DNA of 64,000 nt from Gnetum montanum (Eukaryota > Plantae > Gnetophyta), in contig MNCI01002505.1 in assembly GCA_015680685.1 (NCBI GenBank), positions 171,653 through 235,652 on the forward strand, in the 5' to 3' direction. The position numbers were made by a program, and so were the translations under genes. The notes below the pieces were generated by a model that was not told the DNA's origin, did not search any database, and saw nothing but the letters and a program-made list of their open reading frames with translations. Shown piece after piece: positions 12,302 to 25,400 of the stretch. The first letter of the stretch is position 1. Each line of letters starts with the position of its first letter.

Positions 12302-13930
12302 GCGCAACCAGAGGTGTGGCGCTGGTACACCTCCCGTAAGGTCAGCTGTTGGCCCAAGTCGATGTGTCGTTGGGCTTGTCGACTTCTGGATCAGGACTCG
12401 ATCGGGCGGCCAGGGCGCCCCTCCCCCTCGTGGACCACAGGGGTGCAGCCGGCTTCCTCAGTTGGGAACTGCGACGTCTTGCGCTGTCGGGTCCAGGTGC
12501 TCCTCCGGACGATGTTGACCCATTCTCCCAACGGGGGGAGCACTGGTTCCGGTTCGGGTGGGTGTGGTTAGTGAGTGGTGGCCGGTGATTGGGAATGTGA
12601 GGGTGTATCGGGGAGGCGGGAAGGGGGGCNNNNNNNNNNNNNNNNNNNNNNNNNNNNNNNNNNNNNNNNNNNNNNNNNNNNNNNNNNNNNNNNNNNNNNN
12701 NNNNNNNNNNNNNNNNNNNNNNNNNNNNNNNNNNNNNNNNNNNNNNNNNNNNNNNNNNNNNNNNNNNNNNNNNNNNNNNNNNNNNNNNNNNNNNNNNNNN
12801 NNNNNNNNNNNNNNNNNNNNNNNNNNNNNNNNNNNNNNNCAGGCGACCCTTATGGCCCCTGGTGACCCAGTTGCCCTCCTCGAAAAGCTGGCGAGCTGGG
12901 TTATTCGACCGGGGCCTACGAAACTGAAAATCCGCCTCGCGATGGCCCGGCTTACCACAACACCCGCAGCTATCAAGCTGGTCCATCCAGGGGGCCGTGC
13001 CATGCAGCGTAGGATCTCTAGTGTCCATGTTTTCATAGGTAATTTGGAGGGATTCCTCCCCCCTGGGAGTTCCAAGATGACCTCCCAGACGAAGTTGGTC
13101 GCCGCCAAGGTTCGCCAGACACAGAAACGGGCAAAGCCCATCCGTTCCAGTGACCTCGTGACCCTGTCGAAGGCGATGAACTCACCGAAGTGCCCCGCCA
13201 CCTCCTGCAAGAACTCAAGATTCCATAACTCCCATGGGATGCTGGCCACCCGGATCCAGACTGGGGCACAGGTAAATAGATCGGGTTCTTTGTGGGCGCT
13301 GGGGCGCCAGGGGGTCAAAGCGAGACCATGGGCCCCATAGAACCAAGGCCTGCCGAGAAGAATGAAGTCACGGGCCTACAAGGAGGGGAGGACAAAGAGG
13401 AGCAAATCCTCCGAGAGGCTCCAGACTGTAATGTCCTCGATTTTCCACTGCTCCTTGACCCAACGACGAATCAGGTCATGCCGAGGGCGATTCCCCCAGA
13501 AGATGAAGCGGCCGACGAGGCTCCGTTCCATGGTACGAATGCCTTCGGTAGGGGGGTGGCAGATGCGAAGGCGTAGGGTGTTGTCGAAACAGGAATGAGC
13601 CGCAATGGTTCCTCTAGTTGCTGCGGCCGCCATGGCATCCGTCGCCGGGGTCGCGATTGAGAGAGGCACTGTCCCAGTGGTCGCTGTCGCCGTAGTTGTT
13701 GCCATGGTTGCTACATCCGCCGAGGCCACCGCCGTGGTTGCTGCAGCGGTTGCCGCTGCCGTGGTTGTTGCCGCCATGGTTGCGGCCGCTGTGGTTGCCG
13801 CCGCCGTGGTTGCTGCCATGGTTGCGGCTACGGTTGCAACCACGGTAGCCGCCGTGGTTGCTGCTGCGGCCGTGGTTGTTGTTGTTGCCGTGGTTGCCAC
13901 CGTGGTTGTTGTTGCTGCCGTGGTTGTTTT
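12298..13930 (-). pseudogene. LINE ORF1 (DUF4283-like domain plus zinc knuckle), disrupted
   Basis: SLVGRF...W, GRPWFYG..L.LTPWRP, APVWIRVASIPWELWN, FARFCV; CGCCGKPGHREADF knuckle in a shifted frame; in-frame TAG at 13376-13378; N gap 12630-12839; C-terminus GRP...HIDLGQQLTL ends in a TGA overlapping the ORF2 ATG. Confidence 0.9.
13610..13927 (-). repeat. Low-complexity trinucleotide-based repeat (AACCACGGC/AACCATGGC units) at the truncated ORF1 N-terminus
   Basis: Repeated GCCGTGGTT(G)/GCCATGGTT on the + strand. Confidence 0.85.
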
Positions 13931-14557
13931 TCTTCCTTATGAACTTTAAATTGTAAGGCTTGGGTTAATTATGTTTCAATTAGTTATGGCTCATTAATTT
14001 TAACTTTATGGATAGATAAGGGGTAGCTCTTAATTGGTTTACCATCATCATCCCTATGTAATCAATGCCAAGCAACATGTACTTTTTAATTAATTATTCT
14101 TCTCTGGAAAGATGTTTATATATATATATATATATTCTTAGAGTACTCAAGTCCTCATATGTTCATTATGAAAGTTTGAAAATTAATTGTGCATTCTCTT
14201 GATCTATCTTATTGCCCTACTCAACTCCTTTTTGATGATGTTGAAATAGGGGGAGAGTTTGATATGATGTGGTTGATATTATTGATAATTATGATGTGAT
14301 GATATAGTTATACTAATAGATGAAATTATTGAATGCTATTATGGACATCATTTATGCTTATAGTGTGAGTATGTGAAATCAATATGGTGATTGTGATTTA
14401 TGGAATATAATGTTATGTGTGGATGTTAAATAACTTAAAGGATGTGACTTATAAAATATAATGCCTACTAAACTAGTGTTATAAGCAATATTGAAAATAT
14501 ATAACTTGATGAATTATGGAAACTACTACGCCATTTTCTTAAGTTTTGGACATCACC

Positions 14558-14572
14558 AAAAAAAGGGGAGAT
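14558..14572 (+). promoter_or_regulatory. Polypurine tract
   Basis: AAAAAAAGGGGAGAT immediately before the 3' LTR. Confidence 0.88.
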
Positions 14573-15737
14573 TATTGACTTGTGGTATGTCAAAACCTTA
14601 AGAAAAATAGAGAACATAGAATGTTTGTGGAATGAGATGTTTTTTTTAGGTAAGAATGAGATCTATAAAGAGATGTCAAAGTGGAGACTACAAGGACTCA
14701 AGGGAGCTTGAACAAGTATGAAGACTGCAAGCTAAATGAAGATGCTCCAGTGATTGAGAAAAAGCTAAATCAGCAAGAGGAAGCCTTGAGGACCAAAGTT
14801 TAATAGATGAGAAGATGTCTCCAAGAAGCAAAAGATGTCTTGGTCGAAGTGGAGTACATTTAGAAAAGACATCTCCATAGAGATGTTTCACTTTCTAAGG
14901 AGACGTCTCCCTAGAATTGAAGTTAATTTCAGAGCGATGTCCCAATCTAGAAGGAGATGTCTACACTAGTTGTTAGATAGCTGTTGCATGATTTCCAAGG
15001 TGATTTTAGAAAATTCGAGGCTATAAGAAGACTTCAATTTCTTGGGTATTGAGCAAGAAGTGTTGTGCATGAATTGTCACTATCAAAGAAATCATTGTAT
15101 ATTGTACGGGTGTACTTCATTTGTAAAATCATTTACTTGATTAATTGTAGAATTGTGCTTCAAAGTTCAAGGACCTATAATTTAAGTTACGTTCTTTCCT
15201 TATGATTTTGTTTCTCTCTTGTAGCCCTATGGGGTTGATGTGCTTCTTGCAAGAAGGCATTGTCATTGAGCTTATCGAGATCTTGTAGGATTGAGAATTT
15301 GTGTAGTGTCAAAACACTTTGGAGTGGAGCTCAATTTTGTAAAGGTTGTGGGATCCTTGAAACCACATTTTGATCTTTTTGGGACCTTGTAGGATTGAGT
15401 GGTTCATTAGTGACAAAACTCTTTGGAGTGGATCTTGGAGCCTGTACAATGTGTGATGCCTTTCAAACCACAATTTGAGCTTGTTGGGATCTTATGGGCT
15501 TGAAAGATTTCATAGTGATGAAACTCTTTGTAGTGGAGCTCAAATCTTGTAAAGGTTGTGATGTTCTTCAAATCATATTTTTGAGAAACAAAGTCTAGAG
15601 GTGTGCAAGGATTCTACCCTATGAGTGTGGATGTACCCAAGTTGGGGAATCATGTAAAATTTGGATGTGGTTTTAGTGGTTGTTTAATTTTGATTTGGGA
15701 AACTTATTCATCCTCCCTTGTAACTTCTTGATCCTCA
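14573..15737 (+). repeat. 3' LTR of SIRE-like element 1
   Basis: Colinear with 3493-4703 (visibly diverged); starts TATTGA (mutated TG), ends TCCTCA followed by TSD GTGGG. Confidence 0.9.
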
Positions 15738-16467
15738 GTGGGGTGACATATTCAAATTGCTATTGAAACTGAATAAATGATCTAAATCCAAGAAAGATGT
15801 TTGACAAGAAAAATTCTAATATTGCCAAGAATTATAAAAATTAAAATATTGCCAAGAATATAAACTACTAAAGTTCATTCCAAGCTTCTAAAATTCTAAA
15901 ATTGTGATTAAATGTTTTTTTTTGGACTTTTAGTCATTCTAAAAAATCCTATAAGCTTTGTTATTTTTTTGTTTTCTTAATTTTCCATTATCTAAAGGTT
16001 GAGTGTTGCTTTATAAAAGTTTCTAGTTTTTAATATAGAATTAAAAAATGAGATCATTTGTCGCAACTTTCATCATGACATACTGTAAGAAGCTCCTTAG
16101 GATTCATGCTAGCAAGTTGAGCAACTTTATCTTTTATGCTATTGTCATCTAACATTATTTTAAGAGTCAAAAACATGAATTACAGCTCAAAACCCTAATT
16201 CTATGGCTCAAAAATTTAGCATAATCAAAACAAAGACAAAATTATACAAAATAAGATCAAGACATTATCTAACCTTCCATGCACAAGAATAAACCTTAGA
16301 AAAATGCTAGACCTTGGAAAATATGCATAAACTAAATAGATATGATAAATTAACATTCTATTAAATAGTTGCTAAACAAACAAAGATTGACCAAAATGAA
16401 TGTGCACAGAACCAAAATACCAAAACTCTGTAATTCAAAGAAAAGTACTAAATTTTCTTATCTGAAA

Positions 16468-19383
16468 TGATAGTGTTATAGCTAGAAATCTTCATGTGGA
16501 TACAATCTCCTAAATAGGTTCCAAACCCTAGGAAAAATTATAGGTCAATGATAGAATCTAAGCAAAACATAAAATGAGTTCTGAAACTAAGCTCTTACCA
16601 AGATCTTGAATGATAACAAAAATCTAAGTCTAGCTTCTTTTTAGATTGATATGGTCTCACTTTTTAATTCTATCTGCTAGGTATTGAAAATACAAATGGA
16701 TGATTTCTAATAGAATGGTTGTCCAATATTTATGCTTACAAGGGTATGACATGGTTGGGAAAAAGGTTAATTCTATTAGGAAAATTAACATTAAAAGAAA
16801 ATCTTAATTTCTAAAATTAATAAAAAATAAATTAATAAATATTTTAGCATGAGCTTATGTCCAACACTAGGCTAATAGGTATGTTTCCTATGAGTTAGCC
16901 AATAGCTATGTCTAAGCCCAAAATAATAACAAAGTTTAAGGTTCAAACATAACTAACCAAGGTACTATTTTTTTCTACAAAATTATTCTTTCTAAGTTGG
17001 GAAGGAAAACTCCAAAAATTAGGTATTAAGAACCTAACTCTTAGTCATAAATGATCTTTGACTTGACATAACCTTCACTAAATTAGTGATAATGACACAA
17101 TGAAGCATGAATCTCCAATTGAATGTGAACTTGGCATGCTACATGTGAATCAAGAATGATAGGGGAATGATAAAACATTTAGTTCAAATGCTGAAAAATG
17201 ACTAAGTATTTATTGTTGGAAAAATGAAGAAGTATAAAATGCTAAAAATAAACTAAGCATAGAATAGACTATGAGAGATAGAATAAATTCTAAGTATGAA
17301 ACATGAGTAATAGATTATAAAATATTGAATATGAAATGCTATGATATGGGGGAATGGTTTAGGTTTTGTTCCTAGAAAATAAACTACTTTATTACTAAGA
17401 AAATTAGTGTTTACCTTCTAAGAAGGGCTAAATTATAAGTGTTGAAATATAAACGTAGGTGGGATAAAAATGTCAATAAAAACCCAATTCATGAGCAAAA
17501 TATGAGTTTGAAGAGTAAAATTAAATCTACATAGGATGAGGATATAGATGGAGATGTTTTAGGTACTGTCTAAAATCAATTTGGGGCCAAAATAAGGTTT
17601 TTTTGGCTAAGGGCCCTGTCATTGATGCTAGAGCTAACAAAATTCTAATTTAGAACACTGATGCTAATGCTAAAAAATTCTAAGTCTAGAGTGCTAATGC
17701 AAATGCTACTTGATTGACATAGATACCATATCAAATTTAGTGCTAAAACTTGAAGGAGTTGTAGTGACTATGAGTGCACAAGTGCCACTAGGAGGTTTGT
17801 TGCCATGCTCTTAATCTTTTGAAATCTTAAAAAGTGCTCTAAATATTAAGAAACCAGCCCCAAAATATGGTTCTTAAAACCATATTTATAGGGTTAGAAT
17901 TGTCGAATTTGAGCTTGGAGCTAAGTAAAGTTCATTGAAAGTTACTCCGAAGTTCTTTCTTGGCAAGTTTGACTATAGCAATTGTGAAATGTGAGTCCTA
18001 TAAGGGGTGATGTTGACATTAACATTGGCATCTTCATTAACATCACTAGTACTTAGTGAAATTTCCCTAGTTCTACCCACTATTAAGTTTTGAATCTTCA
18101 AAACCTCATTTGATGCTTGAACTAATGCTAAATGATATTGAGAGGATGCCAAGGAGCCCATGAGACTAAAAGATAAGATTGATTCAAGGATGGCATTTTA
18201 TAGGTTTTAAAGTTGATGACACTGATGTTGACACTTGCCTTAGTGTTAGCATTACTAGTACTTAGTCAAATTTTGACAATTTTAACAAAGTTATAGTTTT
18301 AAGCCCTCATGATTTTGTTTGACACTTGAATTAATGTTGAATGTTTCCAAGAAGCTTGTGAGACCAAGGGACATTGCCAAATTCTAATTTGGAAGATAAT
18401 GAATTCTAAAATGTAGGTTTTACAAGTGGTGATGTAGATGTTGATGCTAGTGTCAACATCATCATCACTAGTACTTAGTGAAATTTCTGCACATTTTTCC
18501 AAAGTGCAGTTTTAAAATTCTAGGACCCTATGTGATGCCTAAACTAATGTTGAATGTTGCTAAGATAATTCCAAGAATCTTGAGAAGCTAAGGGATGATG
18601 TCAAATGATGAGTTTCAAAATCATGGCTATCATTTTCCAATTCCTAAGAGTGTTGACATTGATGCTAATGTTGGTGTTACCATCAGTGTTAGCTAGATAG
18701 AAAAATTTTGATCACTTTTCTAAGTTATCATTTCCATCTTCTAGGATGTCCAAACTAACATCAAAATGAATTGTATAGATGTTTATTGTATGTCAAAAAT
18801 CTTGTAAACATGTGGGATACTATACATTACAAGTATGAAGTGTTATGAAGATGCTGGAGAATCACATGGAGGTGTTGAAATTGACATTGATGCTAGCATT
18901 AACATCAATTTCACCTCTAGACATAGAAAAATTTTCATTATGGGGTCTTAGGGTCTTCTTACCCAAATGATAAAATTTGACTTTGGTTATGCCAAGATGG
19001 CATTAGGAAAGATATATAGGATTCCACAAGGTTAAATGTGGAGCAAAAATGTAGTTTTGGTATAGGTGACATAGATGAAATGGTTCATGGCTTTAGCAAA
19101 CATGACAATGTCAATGGTTAAGGAGGAATGCTAAGATAGAATTTGTATAACCTCTTACACTTTTTAAAAAAATTTGGTTCTTGAAATTTTTTAGGATCAT
19201 TAAGTATGGAACTCATAAGTTGGGTTATGAACCCAAATGATTCCTAAAGGTCTTTGGAAGTTGCAAATGGGTTTGATGATGCTATATTTGGGAAGTATGA
19301 TGCTCAAATATACATAGGATGATGTTAAAATCATCCTTAGTCTTAATTCATGGTAAAATAAAAAAGTGGATGTACCATTATGA
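16468..19383 (-). repeat. Putative large 3' LTR of Tat-like element X
   Basis: 17310-19380 is colinear with 38720-40770; TGATAGTGTT at 16468 is the exact inverse of AACACTATCA ending at 40774; CTATAAAT on the minus strand near 17890; left boundary inferred. Confidence 0.55.
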
Positions 19384-20145
19384 CTTCTTGATGGATGTTG
19401 TTGAGAAGATGAAGGAGGATACATCAAGAAGAGAATAGATGGATGATTAATGATGAACCTACAAAGGAAAAGTGGAAAAAAGAGATAAGAGAAGAGGGGA
19501 ATGTTATGATATTGTTGATACACTAGTCATGAGAATAATGTTATGTCATTGATAATATTCATATCATGTCCCACTTAATCTCTCAACATACCCTTATTGC
19601 AATAGAATAAAATTGTTCAATTATCACTAATATGTTAATGAGATGAAAAGAGATGAAATAGAAGAGATGAGTTAGAGAAAGACTAAAGAAGTATGAGAGA
19701 GGAAAGATGAAAAACAGGGTAACAAAGATGAGTAAACAATAAAACAAAGGGGATGAAAAGAGAAATGAAGGACATCATATGTCATAGAAATGGGAAATGG
19801 GTAAATCCTACTCTCTAATAACATTGATGATTGATAGATTCTCTTTCTATCCTACTCAAAATTAACACACTCTTGCATGAAGTTAAAATGACAGAACACT
19901 CATTGCTCTTTGCATGAGATAGATGGTTGATAAACATCCTCACCATAGTATGCTATAGGAAGAATAGTTAGTAGAATGGGACAAGTAGAGATTAGGGAAG
20001 ATAGACAAAATTGTATTGGAGAAACATAGTAATAATAGAAGAAAAATAATAGAGGGAGAGAGAAACATAAAGAAAAATATAGGAAAGGAATAAAAAACAA
20101 AGCAATAAAACATATATAAAGTAAGATAGGGTTAGTGCAAGTTTC

Positions 20146-20163
20146 GTGTGTGTGTGTGTGTGT
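20146..20163. repeat. (GT)n microsatellite
   Basis: gtgtgtgtgtgtgtgtgt. Confidence 0.85.
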
Positions 20164-20169
20164 TGAAGA

Positions 20170-21314
20170 CTAAAATGTAGTACATTTTCAGGTAAACTAT
20201 ATTCACAAGATTTGGATATTGATTTCCATGTAAGTTTTCTAGGTAGTATGCTCCATTACTAAGGCTCTTGAGGATGATGAACAAAAATTTCTAGTTTGGG
20301 GAGAACTTGGAAGTTTTTACATTAGGAAAATGCCTTAGAACAAGATCACCTTCCTTGATTTACCTTAGTCTAACATGCTTGTCATGATGATGATGCATAG
20401 CCTCTTTATGATTATAAATATTAACTACTTCTTATTAGTGATTTTCTTTTAGGATGTCTAGCTTAACATGGAACATGCTATGATTTTCCTTGTTTGTCAA
20501 CCAATTATTCAAAGTTGCATGAAGAGAAGACACATCTATCTTCAGCAGCAACATAGCCTCTAACCTATATGTGAATATAAAATGGGTTTAATAGACTGTA
20601 TTTTTAAATATGGTACAATAGATCCATAGGGCATGGAATAACTAGGTATGCTAATTACATTGAAATTTGTTAACCATGGTTTAAGAAAGTAGATAAGGGT
20701 TTTATTAGTTAATTCAACTTGACCATTGCACTAGTGATAGTATGAGGATAAGAAGGACCAGATGATTTGGTATTGCTCACAGAATTTGCCTAGTTCTTTG
20801 CTCTTGAATTGGGATCCATTATTAGTGGAAATGTAAAGAGGAATATTAAAGCAAGTGATTATATGATCCAAGTTGAAATAACATATATACTTGGAAATTG
20901 TAGATATCAAAGAAATGGATTCAACCCACTTGGTAAAATATTTAGTACTTGTTAGAATAAATTGGTGACTAATAGATGAGGTAGGATTAATGGAACCCAT
21001 GAGATTCAACTCCTACTTTTAGAAGTCCTAAGTCCTTGTGATAACACATAAATAAGCATAGCATGATGTTGACATATGTTACAAATCTTAACTATCATGT
21101 ATGTATCCCTAGACATCATAGTTGACCACTTACTAAGTGAAATAATATAAGTTACTAGAGACTATGCACCTAAGTAATCACCACATTGACATAAATGTAC
21201 CTATTCTAGGATTATTTGTGCTTCATCATGACTTAGACAATGTAAAAGAACACGTGATGTAGAAATAATATAAAATTCTAAGCTAAATCATATAAAAAAT
21301 GCTTAGATATTTTA
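20170..21314 (-). pseudogene. Tat-clade gypsy integrase remnant
   Basis: LLHCLSHDEAQ; MNLMGSINPTSS..HQFIL....YFTKWVE; NGSQF; EGDLVL...KFSPN*....GAYYL...VN..YLKMYY; cut at 21314 by the Athila-like LTR. Confidence 0.85.
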
Positions 21315-22211
21315 TGATGAGTGGTGAGGTACCCCTACACTCAACCATATGAATCACAAGCATTCATGCAAGATTCAGTCGAATTCTATGGATAAGACTA
21401 GTTGTAGTATCTAGATCGTTATGCTTTGATCGTAGTTCATTGTCTTTCCACTTGGACTAGTGCTAGCTTTGTCACGTATGGTTTAGTCCAAAGTGAGGCA
21501 TATGATGTTGTCTAATTCTATGTTGCTCCTAATGATGACAAAGAGATGAATCAATTAAGCTACTGAATAATGGAAGGTAAAATATAAACTAGCCTACGTG
21601 TGATGAGTATTTGTCCCCAATCATCTGTGCATGCCTTGGACTTTGTGAGACTACTTTTAGGATGTCCAAGCATATGTCGTTGGGTGTGCCAAACGATACA
21701 TTGCTAGGTTACCAAGTACTTACACTTAAGCACTCGTGACTAAGGTGTACACATTCTGCTTAATAACAAGAATAGTAAATAACAATAAATGGGAATGTTA
21801 ACTAAAGGAAATAGTAAATAATTAACAATTAAAAGAAATATTAATCTAAGTGGATGCTGCAATGATGGAAGTAATATCAATTTTTATTTCCCATCATGTA
21901 ACATGTCCAGGTACGTCACACTTGAACAAAGGTGTCATACAATTACAAACATCACATTGCGGGCATGTAGTAGGAAAATAAGAGGACTGAAAAACAATCT
22001 ACGAAGAAACTAACTGAAAATTGAAACTAAAACTATTTCTTCTATCTATTGTTATTCACACCGTGAACCCAAGTGATATATTTATATGTTAGCATGGAGG
22101 AGATGATATCAAATATTCGACATCACTTCCTGGGCTTTGATATCGGGCATTTGATATTGGGGCTCTTATATTAGGTATCAATATTGGGGCCGACAGATTC
22201 ATAACTCATCA
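21315..22211 (-). repeat. LTR of Athila-like copy 2
   Basis: TGATGAGTGGTGAGGTACCCCTACACTCAACC is the near-exact inverse of the copy 1 LTR end; other end is CTCATCA next to the PPT. Confidence 0.88.
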
Positions 22212-22401
22212 TACCCCCATGATTGAATGAAAAATTGTCTTTGAGTCAAACAAAATGAGGAACAATTTCTTTACAAAATATTGGGAAGGTATGTGATTAT
22301 TAACTAAGTTAAACAACAAATAAAAAAATTGACTCTTACATGCCGCAGTGGTGATTTACAAACATTGGAACACAATATTACAAGACACAAAATTAGGAAA
22401 A

Positions 22402-25400
22402 TCATGTAGTGCTTGGAGGTGATGAATCCTCCATTGGTTGCTTCCCTTTGTCACTAGGCTTGTGAAATTTGTAATGACCAAGTAATGCCTGCAACTTTTC
22501 CTCTTTCGTCCTTGGGTCATGTACCGTCCAGGCTACTGAACCAGTGTGCGCTAGCACTAGTACATCCCAAGGGCATGACAGCTATAGAAACATTTGATTG
22601 GCCTTCACGTACTAAGTTGTAAACTACCATTGTTCTTCCTCAAAGGCCCTAGCTTTTTCTCTCAATTTGTGATAATCTATCAATCTCCTAGCTAGGTTTG
22701 AGCCAACATCCTTCTATCCATGGTAGCAAGCTTTGATCACCTTCAATTTTGAGTTTTCCACATGCAACTTTTGCAAAGCATCTTTCTAATCTACAAACTT
22801 TTTTTCATACAATGTATATGTGGTTGCTACCTGCTTCTCTAGTCCATTCCAAGTTTTGCTTGTTGTTGACATGGCAAGTTTGACATATCTAAGGTTAGCC
22901 AATGCCATGTATTCTTTCAAATCCTTAATTTGCAGGTCTTTATTCTTTACTTTCACTTGGTGGACCAAGGCATAGTTATCCAGAATTGGCTACCACTTAG
23001 GATTTTGTGCTAATAGGGATCTAATGTGGGCTTGAGCCATATGGATCTCTTTTCCATTTATTTGCTTATACATGCCTACCTAGTTGTGGAAGCGTTCCTT
23101 CAATTTTTTGTGCTACTTGGCCTCATTCTACCATGCATTAATTTCTATTGCTGATTTTTGTTGAATAGAATGGACCTCCTTCATTGAGAGGGTTCTATTT
23201 TTTCTGGCCAATCTATTGATGTCTTGATTGATCCTCACTAGTTGTTCTCTTAGCTAGTGGATGATCTCCTCAAGAATGTTCTTCTACTTTTTAGTTGTGA
23301 TCAACCTTGAATTTTTAGAGGTGAGCTACTTATTTTCCTTTTGTGTGATGGTTAATGCCTTTTGATACACATAGGATTGTACATTAGTAGTTGAGGCATT
23401 CCAAACTACTTTCTCTTTTTCTTGCTTAATAGCTCTATTTTCTTCAATTAGCTTAGCCAACTACTCTATCCTGAATTGTTCCAGCTAGTTAAGGATAACA
23501 AAATGGATAGGATCCTATTGTTTAGCTCTCAGGGTGGCCAACTCTTGTTCTAATCTTTACACTTCTTCTTCTACATGTTCTGCCTTGACTTTAGCCTTGA
23601 ATAGCTTTCCTTTGGTGGCTATGAGGTTTGAATGTGCCACAGTAACATCACTGGCGATGTCAAATAGGGTGGTCATCACTTACCCTATCTGTAGTAAGCA
23701 ATCTAGCACATGCTCATGCACTGTAGGAGTCATCAAAGTCTAGGCCAGCATATGTACATCTTTGTGTTGGCGACCGCTTGGGACGTGACCGCCAACGAGT
23801 GTCCTCGAATAAGATTTAGGTGCCTGTTGGTCTCTAGCAATACCAAGGCCCAGATACCTCCAAATAAACTTAGTAGTTAATGTGAGTATGTGTGTGTGCT
23901 GTTGCGGCATGCGGTTGTGTGAAATGTAACGATTGCGTTGTGTGTAAACTACAAATGACTTACTTTAAGGAGATTCAGTCAACTTTGCCAAGTACTGTGA
24001 GTTGTTGAAAGTTTCCTATTTTGTTCAACTACCTAGTCTACGCGGCCATTATAATACCTACTTGTAACAAATAAAATTTTGCAAAAAACATTTGAGCACA
24101 ACTCCACAATCTACTCCTAATTTTCCCCAGAGAAAGAGATAGTTCCACAAGAAAACTAGAAATAGAGCAAGATTCGATGGAAATAAGCAGAAAAGAAAAG
24201 AAAGCAGATTTGTGTAGACCTCAAATATTTAAACAAGGTAAAATGACACGAGTAAACACTTCGCAATAAAGCTATCCCAAATTCAATATCTACGAATTGT
24301 TCAAACTTCCAAGGCTCAAACAAGCAATATCTTCAAGACAATCCTACTATGCTACCAAAAATTGCTGCGTAAACTACCACGTACGAGACTCCATTTTGAC
24401 TAGATAATAGATGTCAACGATTGCATTCAAACAGAACCTTTAAAAGACTTGACAATTTCTGATTGAAATACCACGGGAATTCACTTTAAAGATAAAAAGA
24501 AGCTATTCTGGTCCCATCAAAATACCAAAGATTTTCTGAACCCTCTCGACTACTGAATTGTTCAACGGCGTGACTACAAACAGAGGCTCTCTTACAACAA
24601 TCCCAATAGCAGTTCCCACACGTTGCACAATAACGAAATTTACTACTAAAATGCTCTTAAGGCTTTTAAACACAAGCGCTTCTATGGCAAAATTTTAATA
24701 GAAATTTCTATCGGGCAACAAGAACAGTAAGAGCAATCTAAAAATCCCAAAATTACTTGCCAAGGATGATACTATCTAAACCACTAGCTAAACAATTTAG
24801 ACAAAACAAAAAATGAAATGCATAACTCACAGGACCATGACAAAGAGGCTGAAATCTTTCCTTTAGCAAGCCATCTTACAAGCAATCGTCTTTACAAATC
24901 TTCTTTACAAATGCTCTTCTCAAGACCCCAAGGTGTCTTCAGCTGAGAGCCTAAGTGCTAACTAGTAGCCTTCAAAGTGTGAAGTATGAGACCTCCCAAA
25001 AGTCTCTTCTCCAAATTATCCTTCAAAATTCCTCCCCAAGAATTGAGATTCCAAAATTTTCCCCCGCCTCTTCCTCCTTGACCCCTGAAGCCTTTTTATA
25101 GGGTTCAAAGGTAGGTAGGGAAGTTACATATTCAAAAATATCTCACCTAACTTCTCTCCCAAGTAACTTGGCCAACCAATTAGAAGATTACTTGCCCAAC
25201 AAGTTAGGAGGAAGTTATGTAGTTAGGGAGTTAGGAAGTTATACATAGAATTAGGAGAAATTTATGCTAACATTAATATTTATATTAAATGTAATGTGAT
25301 ATTACAAATAAATATTTTAAATATTTTAACATCAATATTGCAAATATTTTTATGGGTAGTAACTTATATATAATAATGTTTTAAAATAATATTTCATGAC

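Larger units (their letters stand above)
7578..13932 (-). mobile_element. L1-clade LINE, 5'-truncated within ORF1, with extra 3' coding region
   Basis: 15-bp TSD TTCCTTATGAACTTT at 7563-7577 and 13933-13947; poly-A seen as T-run 7575-7585; ORF1, APE, RT and zf-RVT motifs; much higher GC than the flanks. Confidence 0.95.
3493..15737 (+). mobile_element. Non-autonomous gag-only (TR-GAG-like) Ty1/copia element of SIRE/Maximus type, with nested LINE
   Basis: Two ~1.2-kb direct LTRs; TSD GTGGG at 3488-3492 and 15738-15742; PBS-Met; gag remnant; no PR/INT/RT/RH recognisable; multiple AGGGGGAG tracts; C-rich ATTCATCCTCCCCCC signal at the LTR end. Confidence 0.88.

Noticed and set aside
8026-13340. 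Many long plus-strand ORFs over the LINE (e.g. 8026-8571 Leu-rich, 9653-10216, 12558-13340)
   Set aside because: Antisense shadows of GC-rich minus-strand coding; the Leu runs are complements of GAG/CAG codons.
7578-13932. Horizontal transfer or contamination suggested by high GC
   Set aside because: The TSD shows genuine integration, and youth relative to deaminated neighbours is sufficient to explain the GC content; transfer cannot be judged without a phylogeny.
13605-13949. Val/Ala-rich ORF resembling a membrane protein
   Set aside because: Artefact of the trinucleotide repeat read antisense; it crosses the LINE boundary.
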